A DNA stretch of 64,000 nt from Thermoplasmatales archaeon. GTDB lineage: Archaea > Thermoplasmatota > Thermoplasmata > Thermoplasmatales > Thermoplasmataceae. A program made the translations under genes and the position numbers. Below the pieces are notes generated by a model. It was not told the origin of the DNA, ran no database searches, and saw only the letters and a list, made by a program, of their open reading frames with translations. Below are positions 39,450 to 49,582 of the stretch, piece after piece. Location of the stretch: contig DAIDBH010000019.1 in NCBI GenBank assembly GCA_027310185.1, positions 128,807 through 192,806 on the forward strand, written 5' to 3'. Each line of letters begins with the position of its first letter. The stretch's first letter is position 1.

Positions 39450-39519
39450 AACAGGTTATTGTAAATAGGTATATAATAATTAACATAAGTTAACTATTTG
39501 TTACTATATTAAATATGCT

Positions 39520-39538
39520 ATCTAACTATTAGTTAGAT
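39520..39538. promoter_or_regulatory. 19-bp palindrome, candidate MarR operator
   Basis: ATCTAACTA-T-TAGTTAGAT, a perfect inverted repeat between divergent marR and O-methyltransferase genes. Confidence 0.55.
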
Positions 39539-39614
39539 TAAAATCAAAAAATTAAACAATTTTCAAGCTTGTGTAATATATAGTAAGAAACATTAAATAT
39601 AACTTTACGAATGT

Positions 39615-40286
39615 TTGTCTATGTCAGATGAAAAGAAATGGGAAGATGTGGAGGAATATATTAACAGAAAAGTGGTGAAACCATCACTATTCTTCGCTGA
39701 TACACTTGATGTAAGCCAGAAAGAAGGTCTACCACCAATAAATGTTCAGGCACCTGAGGGAAAATTAATGTCTATCCTTGTCAGGTCGATCAATGCAAAG
39801 AGGTCTTTAGAAATTGGAGTTCTTGGAGGATTCAGTGGACTGTGGATCCTCTCTGGCATGAGGAATGGCCAGTTAATTGGGCTAGAAAAAAGTGAGAAAC
39901 ATGCAAAAGTGGCAAATGAAAACTTCATAAAGGCAGGTTATGGCGACAACGTAAACATAATGGTTGGAGATGCAATAGATTCGCTGAATAATATGATTAG
40001 GGAACATGTACAGCCATTTGACTTCATCCTTATTGATGCAGACAAGAAACCCTACCTTCATTATTTCGAAAGAGCCATGGAACTGTCTCATCCAGGAACA
40101 CTAATCTTCATAGATAATATGGTCTGGAACGGAGATATAATTGATCCCAATGACAGGAGTGATGATAATGCAGGTATAAGAAGACTCTACGATCATCTTG
40201 AAATTGAGGAAAGAGTCGATGGAACGGTAATACAAACAGTCGGTTCGAAGGGATATGATGGTTTTGCCGTTCTTAGGGTTATGTGA
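39615..40286 (+). CDS. Class I SAM-dependent O-methyltransferase (CCoAOMT-like)
   Basis: LEIGVLGGFS, FDFILIDADK, IFIDN and KGYDGF. Confidence 0.92.
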   Translation: MSMSDEKKWEDVEEYINRKVVKPSLFFADTLDVSQKEGLPPINVQAPEGKLMSILVRSINAKRSLEIGVLGGFSGLWILSGMRNGQLIGLEKSEKHAKVANENFIKAGYGDNVNIMVGDAIDSLNNMIREHVQPFDFILIDADKKPYLHYFERAMELSHPGTLIFIDNMVWNGDIIDPNDRSDDNAGIRRLYDHLEIEERVDGTVIQTVGSKGYDGFAVLRVM

Positions 40287-40356
40287 GAGTGTTAAAATAG
40301 ATCATATGGCTCAATATTCCAGGGCTTATAACCTATTAATCATGAACTATTTCTGA

Positions 40357-40443
40357 TCAGATAAGCGCAGCAAGAAATGACACACCCGCCCCGAGAAATA
40401 TTATCACTATAAGAATTGTTACAACCTGCTTGGCATTTGGCAT
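40357..40443 (-). CDS. Putative 28-aa single-TM small protein
   Basis: MPNAKQVVTILIVIIFLGAGVSFLAALI, in an otherwise empty gap. Confidence 0.4.
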   Translation of the reverse strand: MPNAKQVVTILIVIIFLGAGVSFLAALI

Positions 40444-40572
40444 TTTCACATGGTATTATTGCATCAATGATTAAAAGGATTGCATATCTAAATCCAGATC
40501 ATAGTAAACATATGGAATAGTGAAATTATTGCGGATTACGATTTAATATTCAGATCATTCCATTCTGAAATC

Positions 40573-40839
40573 CTAAGATTCACGTGCCCTGCTTAAGTTA
40601 ATTACCATCTCATAAACCATTTCCTTCGCATTGCTTTCCATTTGACCAGTCATACCTAATAATATTCTCTCATTACCGACATCCGCATAGATAGAACCAG
40701 CATCAGAATGAAAATGAAGGATACCCTTATTTTTGAAATAGAAATGATATAATGTCCTCTCCTTTATTCCTGGAATTGTTCTTACCCTGCTTATTAGATC
40801 ATACAGATCTTCAAGCTCATTTTGACTGGCATGCTTCAT
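40573..40839 (-). CDS. Hypothetical protein
   Basis: 88-aa ORF with FY.K....LHFH motif. Confidence 0.6.
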   Translation of the reverse strand: MKHASQNELEDLYDLISRVRTIPGIKERTLYHFYFKNKGILHFHSDAGSIYADVGNERILLGMTGQMESNAKEMVYEMVINLSRARES

Positions 40840-40983
40840 AATGCTTTCTGCATAAAATCTCTTCAGGAGATATAATCATTATGCTGACCGGGATGGGATA
40901 AAAAAGCGGATTCATTTGAAACAATAGTTTTGTACTAAATATTTTTGTAATAAATTTATTATAAATGACCTTAATTCAGAATT

Positions 40984-42696
40984 ATGGTAGAACAGAAGTG
41001 GATAGCACTTTCCAACACCACTCTGGGACAACTTGTTGCAACAATAAACACAAGCATAATCATTGTTGCATTACCGCCCATATTCCGTGGAATTCATCTC
41101 AGCCCACTGTCAGCTGACGCTTTTCCATACCTGCTGTGGGTAATAATGAGCTACATGATAGTTGTATCGGTTCTGCTACTCACTGTAGGAAAACTTTCAG
41201 ATATGTTTGGGAGAGTAAGATTATTTAATCTTGGATTCCTCATATTCACAATTGGTTCCCTCCTGTTATACCTCACCCCAAATACTGGGGATACAGGTGC
41301 AATTGAGATAATTATATTTCGTATCATTCAGGCTGTAGGCGGTTCATTTATAATGGCAAACAGCTTTGCAATTATCACTGATAATTTCAAGGAATCTGAA
41401 CGAGGATTTGCCATATCCATAAATAGCGTCGCCTCTGTTTCAGGTGTGAGTATCGGCATCGTAATAGGAGGTATTCTTTCAGTAATATACTGGAGGGATG
41501 TGTTTCTGATCAGCGTTCCACTTGGAATTTTTGGCACGGCCTGGTCCTACCTTAAATTGAGGGAAACTTCTTCAAGAAAGAAGCAGAAAATAGATATTGT
41601 GGGTAATATTCTTATGGCTTCTGGCTTCGTGATACTTCTTATTGGTGTTACATACGGTATAACTCCATACAAGCTCTCACCCATGGGGTGGGGAAACCCC
41701 CTGGTTATTCTTTCACTTGTATCAGGATCGATTATTATTGCTTTATTCATACTGTGGGAAGGGAGAACCACAAATCCAATGCTTAACATACATCTCTTCA
41801 GGAACAGGAACTTTGCCATTGGATCATTTACTGGCTTCATATCAGCTATGGGAATGATGGGCCTTCTCTACATGCTTACCCTTTTATTTCAGGGAATATG
41901 GCTTCCACTTCATGGATACAGTTTTTCTATCACACCACTCTGGGCAGGTATCTACATGCTGCCATTAACCGTTAGCATGGGAATTTTCGGTATAATTGCA
42001 GGCCGCTTATCCGATAGGTCCGGCGCAAAATGGCTAATAGTGGTCGGCCTGTTATTAAGTGGAATATCCCTTATCCTTCTATCATTTCTATCCTACAATT
42101 TCCCCTACTATCAAATGATGATTCTTCTTGTGATATTTGGAATGGGTTACGGGTTCTTCAATTCTCCCAATATTGCATCTGTCATGTCCACAGTTCCCCC
42201 ACATGAAAGAGGTTCTGCCTCAGGTACCCTCAACAACATGAGAAATACTGGATATGTGGCAAGCATGGGTGTATTCTTCAGTATACTTATTGCTGGTGTT
42301 TCCTCAAGTCTTCCTACTTCAATAACAGCTGCATTAAACAATCTGGGTGCAAACGAGCTGGATAAGACACTTAGCGCAATGCCACCCACCGTTGCCATAT
42401 TTGGTTCCTTTCTTGGTATAAATCCTGTTAAATCTTTCATCGTATCGACTGGAAACATTCCAGCTTCAACAATTTCACTAATTGAGGGAAATACATGGTT
42501 CTCAGAAGTATTTGCGAAACCGTTCATGTCATCACTGAGTATTGTTTTTTATTTTGCCGCTGGAATCAGCATTCTTGCAGCAATGGTTTCAACTTTCAGG
42601 TCAGGCAAGGGGAATGAGGAGTCAATTTCTGTTGACGCGACAGTGTATGCAGAAGGGACAGGAAATAATAATAAACATGAACAGGATGATAAGTAA
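40984..42696 (+). CDS. MFS drug efflux transporter (DHA2)
   Basis: GKLSDMFGR, RIIQAVGG, ERG.A; about 14 TMs. Confidence 0.92.
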   Translation: MVEQKWIALSNTTLGQLVATINTSIIIVALPPIFRGIHLSPLSADAFPYLLWVIMSYMIVVSVLLLTVGKLSDMFGRVRLFNLGFLIFTIGSLLLYLTPNTGDTGAIEIIIFRIIQAVGGSFIMANSFAIITDNFKESERGFAISINSVASVSGVSIGIVIGGILSVIYWRDVFLISVPLGIFGTAWSYLKLRETSSRKKQKIDIVGNILMASGFVILLIGVTYGITPYKLSPMGWGNPLVILSLVSGSIIIALFILWEGRTTNPMLNIHLFRNRNFAIGSFTGFISAMGMMGLLYMLTLLFQGIWLPLHGYSFSITPLWAGIYMLPLTVSMGIFGIIAGRLSDRSGAKWLIVVGLLLSGISLILLSFLSYNFPYYQMMILLVIFGMGYGFFNSPNIASVMSTVPPHERGSASGTLNNMRNTGYVASMGVFFSILIAGVSSSLPTSITAALNNLGANELDKTLSAMPPTVAIFGSFLGINPVKSFIVSTGNIPASTISLIEGNTWFSEVFAKPFMSSLSIVFYFAAGISILAAMVSTFRSGKGNEESISVDATVYAEGTGNNNKHEQDDK

Positions 42697-43211
42697 TGAG
42701 GTCTTTTGTTGGATCCCCAGTAGATAACACGGATGATTTCCTGAATCTCATAAAATCATTGTCTGCTTTTAATGAAATAAAAACAGTTCCTTTGAGGAAT
42801 CTCCATCTCACTTACCTCTTTCTTTCTGAAGTTACTGAGAACCAGAAGAATATGGCAATAAAAAAACTTAGAATGCTGGAGTTCAAGGTAATTAATTGCA
42901 GAATAGATTCCATTAGAAACCTTCCTGAAGGATCCAGACCAAGGGTTGTTGTCATTTCATTAGACTGCCCTGAAATACTAGCTCTGAATGCAATGGTACA
43001 GAATTCATTCTCCTCAGATTTTAAAACAAATCAAAGATTCCTACCTCATGTTACCGTAGGCAGATATGGGAAGAATAATAATCCAATAAAAGTTGATTCT
43101 GTGGACCTTGACGTTGGAAATATAACTTTCAAATCAATCTGTATTTACAGGAGTATTCTATTGCCAAATGGACCTGTTTACGAGAAATTATACTGCAGGC
43201 AGTTCACCTAG
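42696..43211 (+). CDS. thpR: RNA 2',3'-cyclic phosphodiesterase (2'-5' RNA ligase)
   Basis: MRSFVG, NLHLT..FL.E, PRV, F.PHVTVGR and S.L...GPVY. Confidence 0.88.
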   Translation: MRSFVGSPVDNTDDFLNLIKSLSAFNEIKTVPLRNLHLTYLFLSEVTENQKNMAIKKLRMLEFKVINCRIDSIRNLPEGSRPRVVVISLDCPEILALNAMVQNSFSSDFKTNQRFLPHVTVGRYGKNNNPIKVDSVDLDVGNITFKSICIYRSILLPNGPVYEKLYCRQFT

Positions 43212-43400
43212 GATCGCTATAAAAATTGCAAATGTGATTTATGAATTAACGGTAGATACTCATCCATAATTTTCCGGGGTTACAAAAGAGTTATCCTATA
43301 ATTCACTGGAACTTTTCAGAAAACTGAAAATGTATCAAATGAATTCAATGCCAATTTAATCTTCTATTCCCTTTTATTTCACTGGGAATGGCCAGTGAGT

Positions 43401-43727
43401 TCACTTCAATTCACTTACATTTATGCCTTCTTCCATTAGCATTTTTCTTTTCCTTTCCGTTCCACCTTCTCCAGAATAGTTCCCAAGCCTTCCATCCTTC
43501 CTTATTACCCTGTGACATGGTATAACCGGGGCAAAGGGATTTTTCCTTACAACACTCCCTACCGCCCTGCCCGCATTTTTATGACCTATTAACTCCGCTA
43601 TTTGCGAATATGTCCTGGTCTCTCCAACAGGTATTTTATAAACTTCCATAAGAACCCTGATCGAAAATTCACTGAAACCTAATTTTTTGAGTTCATTCTC
43701 CATTTTAATTTCATCCTGAACTTCCAT
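43401..43727 (-). CDS. ogt: Methylated-DNA-protein-cysteine methyltransferase (MGMT)
   Basis: IPVGETRTY, RAVG and IPCHRV active site. Confidence 0.92.
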   Translation of the reverse strand: MEVQDEIKMENELKKLGFSEFSIRVLMEVYKIPVGETRTYSQIAELIGHKNAGRAVGSVVRKNPFAPVIPCHRVIRKDGRLGNYSGEGGTERKRKMLMEEGINVSELK

Positions 43728-43843
43728 GATTAGAAATACACAATCTGATTAAATAGTTATTTCATTACACCTGGAGATGCAATTTTGATGTATTAGTTCA
43801 TGTCTTCAATAGCTTTTTATAGATATAGCCATATGCGATATAA

Positions 43844-44572
43844 TTGAAGAAAAGTGACCTTGCCTGGATTGCTTCGTTCATTTATATTGCTTATCTTTTC
43901 ATAGGGCAATTACCTATTCTTAAGAATGATGCAATATTCAGTTCATTAGCAGTGTCCATACTGCTCATTATTGTTTATGCTATTTCTTCTGTCCTGATCA
44001 TTGGAGGTAGAAGGTCTGTTTACTTTTTCATGATTGCAGCTGTAGTTGGTTCATTACTGGAATTACTCAGCCTGAATACAGGAATACCCTTTGGTAAATA
44101 TGTGTATACGGGAGAACTGGGTCCAAAGATAGGGCAACTTCCAATATTTATTCCACTTCTATGGGCTTCCCTGAGTTTTTACTCATACCGGGCAGGTGGC
44201 AAATTGCTTATGCCCATACTGATGGTGGCTATTGATCTATCCTTTGATCCAAGGTACTCAGGTCATCTATGGATATGGATATCAAAAACGCAGTATTTCG
44301 GAGACCCATGGTCTAATTTTGTGGGCTGGTTCGTCACTGCAGCCATAATAATAGGTCTGTATTCCGTCATTTCAAGAGGTCGTGAAGATATAGACATGAG
44401 GGCTGTCATATTTTTCATATTGTTTGGGATAGATAATTGCATTTCAGATATTTATGATAAACTGTTCATTCCTGCATATATATCTCTTGGGATCTTTTTA
44501 GTTTTAGGGGTCTTGCTGACTCTTATCAGTATTAAAAAGCTTCATCCTGAAAATAATGGTCTCAAAGATTAG
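43844..44572 (+). CDS. cruF: Carotenoid 1,2-hydratase CruF-like membrane protein
   Basis: E...L.TGIPFGKY.Y...LG, P..IPLLW, DL..DP and P.SNF.GW motifs. Confidence 0.78.
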   Translation: MKKSDLAWIASFIYIAYLFIGQLPILKNDAIFSSLAVSILLIIVYAISSVLIIGGRRSVYFFMIAAVVGSLLELLSLNTGIPFGKYVYTGELGPKIGQLPIFIPLLWASLSFYSYRAGGKLLMPILMVAIDLSFDPRYSGHLWIWISKTQYFGDPWSNFVGWFVTAAIIIGLYSVISRGREDIDMRAVIFFILFGIDNCISDIYDKLFIPAYISLGIFLVLGVLLTLISIKKLHPENNGLKD

Positions 44573-44653
44573 TTCTTCTTAAAATTACCTAATAACAGGC
44601 AATCAATCTATTCGTCGAAAATAATTGCCGGATAAGTGAAATAAAATATAATA

Positions 44654-45721
44654 TTATATGGATATGTCCTCTGAAACGATTTTCTGGTATCTGTCAACGA
44701 ATTCCAATGCAATTTTTTCAGATACTATTCCCATATTACCTATCCTTAAAATTTTTCCATTTAGCTCACCCATTCCATTAGCCACCTCAATATTCTGCTT
44801 CATCAGCTCAGCTTTCAGTTTGGCTGCGTGAATAGTCGGCTCAAATGCTATAACAGTGTCTGAATAATTTGAATCGTTTCCATAGACTTTTGCACCGGAT
44901 TCAATAATTTTTCTTCTCAGAAGCTGTGCAATTCTGGCGTGGCGTATATTTCTACCTTCAATTGTTTCATTTTCCAGTTCCATGAGGGCATTATATAAGG
45001 CATTGAATGCTCCTGTTGATGGAGTAAAAGCGGTTTCTCCTTTTTTTAGAAAATCAATTCCTATCTTAGCATCAAGGTACTTTGGAATGTCCGGGCTCGA
45101 ATTTAGAGATTCGCTTGCTTCCTTTCCAACAAAAACAATGCCGATACCGGGCACAGATGCAAGACCTTTCTGGCTGCAGGATGCCATCACATCAATTCCC
45201 CAGTCATTGACCTTTACTGGCAATCCACCAAAACTTGATACGGCATCAACGAGAACCTTTAACCCATTTTCCTTACTCTCCCTGACCAGTTCCTTTAGAT
45301 TTTTTATTGCTGTTCCATTTCCTGTCTCATTATGAACCATGAAAATCGAGCTTATCTGCTTATGATTTGATACAAAATCACTTATTTCTCCAGCACTTAT
45401 GTGCTCGTTAATGGATTTACTGATCTTATGAACCATAAGCCCTCTTCTCTCGGCGCTTTCAATTAGCCTGTTCCCGAATTCACCGAATGACACTGCAATT
45501 ACCTGTTCCTTAGGCCTGGTAAAGGAATAAATCATGGATTCTACTGCTAGTGTCCCTGAGCCGGTTGTCATTATGGAATGAGTGGAATCTGAAAATTTAT
45601 TAAGGAGACTCTCGGAATTCTTTACTATGCTACGGAATTTTTCAGATCTATGGTTGATCACAAGCTTGGATGCTTCCTTCGTGTTTTCAGATACCTCTAC
45701 AGGTCCAGGTATCAACATCAT
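44654..45721 (-). CDS. Class V PLP aminotransferase (serine-pyruvate/phosphoserine aminotransferase-like)
   Basis: LIPGPV, GSGT.A.E, HNETGNG, VDAVSS, SQKG and LRIGNMG. Confidence 0.92.
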   Translation of the reverse strand: MMLIPGPVEVSENTKEASKLVINHRSEKFRSIVKNSESLLNKFSDSTHSIMTTGSGTLAVESMIYSFTRPKEQVIAVSFGEFGNRLIESAERRGLMVHKISKSINEHISAGEISDFVSNHKQISSIFMVHNETGNGTAIKNLKELVRESKENGLKVLVDAVSSFGGLPVKVNDWGIDVMASCSQKGLASVPGIGIVFVGKEASESLNSSPDIPKYLDAKIGIDFLKKGETAFTPSTGAFNALYNALMELENETIEGRNIRHARIAQLLRRKIIESGAKVYGNDSNYSDTVIAFEPTIHAAKLKAELMKQNIEVANGMGELNGKILRIGNMGIVSEKIALEFVDRYQKIVSEDISI

Positions 45722-46662
45722 ATTCCCATCTCCTTGATCTTGTTGAAGAGATTATTCAATGTGTACTGCGCGACACGTTTCTGGGCCTCAACAGTCTGAG
45801 CTCCAATGTGTGGCATCACAATGACGTTTGGCCGTGAAATAAAATCTTTTTCCCACTGTTCAACGGGAGGTTCATTCCATAGTACATCGGTTGCATATCC
45901 CCTGATCCTACCCTTATCCATTGAATTCAAAAGAGCCTTCCCATCAATTACCTCTGACCTGCTAGTATTGATTAGAAATGCACCTTCCCTGATCATTTTC
46001 ATCTGTTCATCACCAATTATTTTTGTGGAAGATTCCGTAAGGGTGACCAGGATAAAGATGAAGTCTGACCTGGCAAGCAGTTCGTTCAATGGTACATACT
46101 TTCCAGACACTTCCTTAATGGAATCAGCGTTCTCAAAGACATCGTAGGCCAGAATATTCATCCCAATGGTTCTCAGTATTTTAGCAGTACTGAGTCCAAT
46201 CCTCCCGAAACCTATTATACCTGCCGTTTTTCCGTAAAGTTCAACACCCGTCTCCTTTTTCCAGATACCCTTTTTTGAATTTAAATCCAGCCTGACAATA
46301 TCCCGTGCAAGGGATATGGCCAGGGCAACGTTAAGTTCTGCTACAGAATTGGTGGAAGAACCTGCAGCAGTTATAACCTGTATGTTCCTTGTTTTTGCAT
46401 ATTTCATGTCAATATTATCAACACCAATTCCAGCTCTAGCAATAATTTTGAGGTTGATTGCCTTCTCAAGAATTTCCTGAGTCAATTTTGTTCTACTCCT
46501 TAAAACAACAATTTCATAATCAGAAATGGAATCCGCCAATTCCTCTGGACTTATTTCAGGCTTATAGCTTACTTCAAATTCTCCGGACTTTAGTTCGTCG
46601 ATCATGAGACTATCTACTTTATCACATATAAGAACCCTTTTCTTCACTGGAACTCCTTTCAT
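45718..46662 (-). CDS. serA: D-3-phosphoglycerate/D-2-hydroxyacid dehydrogenase
   Basis: RAGIGVDNID, GFGRIG, INTSR, DV...EP and PHIGAQT.EAQ.RVA. Confidence 0.85.
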   Translation of the reverse strand: MKGVPVKKRVLICDKVDSLMIDELKSGEFEVSYKPEISPEELADSISDYEIVVLRSRTKLTQEILEKAINLKIIARAGIGVDNIDMKYAKTRNIQVITAAGSSTNSVAELNVALAISLARDIVRLDLNSKKGIWKKETGVELYGKTAGIIGFGRIGLSTAKILRTIGMNILAYDVFENADSIKEVSGKYVPLNELLARSDFIFILVTLTESSTKIIGDEQMKMIREGAFLINTSRSEVIDGKALLNSMDKGRIRGYATDVLWNEPPVEQWEKDFISRPNVIVMPHIGAQTVEAQKRVAQYTLNNLFNKIKEMGI

Positions 46663-46740
46663 TTTTGGAGATTGGTGCCCGGGTATATATTCTCTATGTT
46701 ATGAAAAGAATTCAGAATGACGAAATATACTATCATTTCT

Positions 46741-47934
46741 TTAAATTGTCCTATTGATGTTCATTACTATGCCAGAGCAGACCTTTGGAAAAAAATATGT
46801 AGATTTCTGTGGTAGATAGCCTATATCTAATATAAGACTGTACAGCCTATCTTTCTTCCACGGAGGCATGATGAAAGCCATGGACGCCTGCCCCGAATTT
46901 ACTAGCCTCTTGCATTCTCCCAGATCGTGAGTGTAATATATCATTTTGTCTAAATCCTCTTCTGATAACCCGAGTATATCCCTGAGAAGTGAATCTTCAA
47001 GGAGATGGATGTCAGAAATTGCAGATAGTTCTCTTCTATCTGCTTTCTCCCTGTCTATGGCCAATTTCTCCCCTTGACTTAATATTATTATATCTTCCTC
47101 CTGTAAATTAGTTGCATCTTCTGGGAGAACCCTGCATACTGACTTGAGTTTTGCTAACTTGTCTTCTTCAATTTTGCATTTCAGGACCCTATGGATGCCA
47201 TCAACCAGCAGGGAATCTGAATTCATGCTTGTTGTATATGCCATAATGGAGGACCAGAAAGCAGAGGAAACCTCATTGGATGACCTGGCAATCTGTTTTG
47301 AGGCCGCCAGTCTGTGATGGCCATCTGCAACAATGGCAACATCTTTCATAAGAATCCCGGAAATAATCTGAGATTCATTCAACGGTATAAAGGAAATTTC
47401 ATATTTTACGCCTTCTGTATCGGTAAATTTTAACCACGGTTTGAGCTTGCTGGATAAAGAACGTAATTTCTGATCAAACAATTCGTTATTAACTGCAAGA
47501 AAAATTGGTTCAAGCTGAGCATCTGCATCGTTCAGCACTTTTACTCTCTCAGAGACTTTACTTGGGAATGTTTTTTCATGAGGCTGAACCATCCCATCTT
47601 CAGGGTTTATGTCTACCAGTGATATTATTCCATATCTGTCTAACATACTTCCTCTAATTACAGTCTGCTGACGTATTAATATCATTCCCGCTTCTTCGTT
47701 CCTCTTAAGTATCCCCAAATCTATCCATTGCGATATTAATACTGACCCTTTTGATTCACCCTCTGGCAAGGTGAGATGAGTTATATTGAAAGGGAATGAC
47801 TTCAATTGAGATTCAACGGGCCCGGAAATTGAATCGAATGGAGGAGACACGCATTTTTCAATATTATCACGAAAATAGTACGGTTTAAATTCACATAAAG
47901 CGACCATTATAGTATTACCTCTGAATGGCTTCAT
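46741..47934 (-). CDS. DUF1015 family protein
   Basis: SPPFD, PHEKT, EPIF, VADGHHR, IHR and LPQKSTYFFPK..SG. Confidence 0.88.
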   Translation of the reverse strand: MKPFRGNTIMVALCEFKPYYFRDNIEKCVSPPFDSISGPVESQLKSFPFNITHLTLPEGESKGSVLISQWIDLGILKRNEEAGMILIRQQTVIRGSMLDRYGIISLVDINPEDGMVQPHEKTFPSKVSERVKVLNDADAQLEPIFLAVNNELFDQKLRSLSSKLKPWLKFTDTEGVKYEISFIPLNESQIISGILMKDVAIVADGHHRLAASKQIARSSNEVSSAFWSSIMAYTTSMNSDSLLVDGIHRVLKCKIEEDKLAKLKSVCRVLPEDATNLQEEDIIILSQGEKLAIDREKADRRELSAISDIHLLEDSLLRDILGLSEEDLDKMIYYTHDLGECKRLVNSGQASMAFIMPPWKKDRLYSLILDIGYLPQKSTYFFPKVCSGIVMNINRTI

Positions 47935-48280
47935 TTAAACAGTGTAGCTGTACCATTCTTGAATTTCTTTTAACCGTTCCATGGATCATTACATCACGAA
48001 ATTTCGCGACAATATAAATTTTGATGCTCAAACAACAACATAATGAATGCCGTACCTCGCTTATGAACCCTTCTGAACAGTGCTGGAATAGTAAAATAGA
48101 CTATGAACGTTTTTTTCTTATGTAGGTCAAGTAGACCATAATTTTTAAAATGTAGAAAGTATTAGTTAATATAACCTTTATATCCTTAGGATTAGACTGA
48201 AAATATTTAAATTAAATAATGGCCCGGAATAATCAGCCAAGTACTTTAATACTATTTTGAAATAGCTTTAACTGTAAATT

Positions 48281-49384
48281 ATGGATATAAATAAAGTCTT
48301 TACCATGGGGGAGAGCATTAAGTCTGATCTTGAAAGTGAAGGTCTGTACCAGCAGATCGATTATCCTGAGCCGTCCATGGAGGATGGAAAGATATCCTAT
48401 GGAATAAGCTATCCAATAAAGGCATTTGAGAAATTTCTTGGATATTATGACTCTGATGAAAAAATAGCTTTCAATCCATCCATATCATTTAACACTGATT
48501 TTTCTTACTGTCTTTCTTCATGCAGATACGAGAAATCAGGAAAGTCTGACTCAGTTATTCTAGACGGAATCACAAATGATAACTATAGTAATAAAGCAAG
48601 ATCAGCCCTTCAGAAATTTAAGAAAAGATTTGGAATAGATGGTAGTTTTCAATTCTATATGAATAGATACCGGAAATACTCAGAAGCAAAGGGGATGAGT
48701 GAATCATCTGCTGTTGCTTCAGCGGCATCAAGATCATTGATCAACAACATCTTTAATGAGAAAAAGGAAACAATGGATCATCTTACTTCACGGTTTGCAA
48801 GGCTTGTTTCTGGATCTGGTACAAGGGCCAGTATAGAAGGATTATCGATCTGGCTATCATATCCAAAAATTAACGCTGAGCAATCTTTTGCAGTAAGGAT
48901 AAGGGATAATCCAAAGGATATTTATTATGGGATCTTTCCCAAAAAGAATGCCATTAAAACGGACCAGGCACATAACAACGTCAAGAGCTCAATTTTCTAT
49001 GACTCGTGGATATATGATAAGATGAGTGCAGTTAGGCTGGCAATGGATGATGATTTCAGTTCATCATTCCTTATAAACAGGGGCCAGAAGGATTCTTTAA
49101 ACCTTCATTCAGTTCTCCTCTCATCAGGTATGCTAGCACAGACTGGAGAAAGCATGGAATTACTATCTAAGATAATGGCATTTCAGTCAAAGAATGAAGG
49201 TATATTTTTCAACGCAGATACAGGACCATCAATAATGATTTCATCACTGGACAGGAAATTGATTGATGAATGCAAGAATCAGGTCAATGAAGATTTCCTT
49301 ATGGGAGGGATGAAATATGAAGATCACATGGAAAAAATGAATGAATTCAGGAAAGAAAGCACAGAGTATTTTGCTTTACATTAA
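48281..49384 (+). CDS. Diphosphomevalonate decarboxylase homolog (Thermoplasma-type, mevalonate 3,5-bisphosphate decarboxylase-like)
   Basis: YPIKAFEKFLG, NPSIS, GHMP loop KGMSESSAVA, RLVSGSG and DTGP (DAGPN equivalent); N-terminal extension. Confidence 0.75.
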   Translation: MDINKVFTMGESIKSDLESEGLYQQIDYPEPSMEDGKISYGISYPIKAFEKFLGYYDSDEKIAFNPSISFNTDFSYCLSSCRYEKSGKSDSVILDGITNDNYSNKARSALQKFKKRFGIDGSFQFYMNRYRKYSEAKGMSESSAVASAASRSLINNIFNEKKETMDHLTSRFARLVSGSGTRASIEGLSIWLSYPKINAEQSFAVRIRDNPKDIYYGIFPKKNAIKTDQAHNNVKSSIFYDSWIYDKMSAVRLAMDDDFSSSFLINRGQKDSLNLHSVLLSSGMLAQTGESMELLSKIMAFQSKNEGIFFNADTGPSIMISSLDRKLIDECKNQVNEDFLMGGMKYEDHMEKMNEFRKESTEYFALH

Positions 49385-49582
49385 GAAAGTGCGATTCTAT
49401 CATGTTTTGCAGTCTTATTTGTTCATTGTTCAAAAATACCAGGAAAAACCTGGTAAGGTTTTATTTGATAATACAGTTGATAAAAATGCAGTCATCGTAT
49501 TGATAAATAGAACTGGATGAAGGAATTCTGGGGTTATGCTTAAAATAATTGAATCAAGTAGAAAGTATTGTTGATTAGGATA

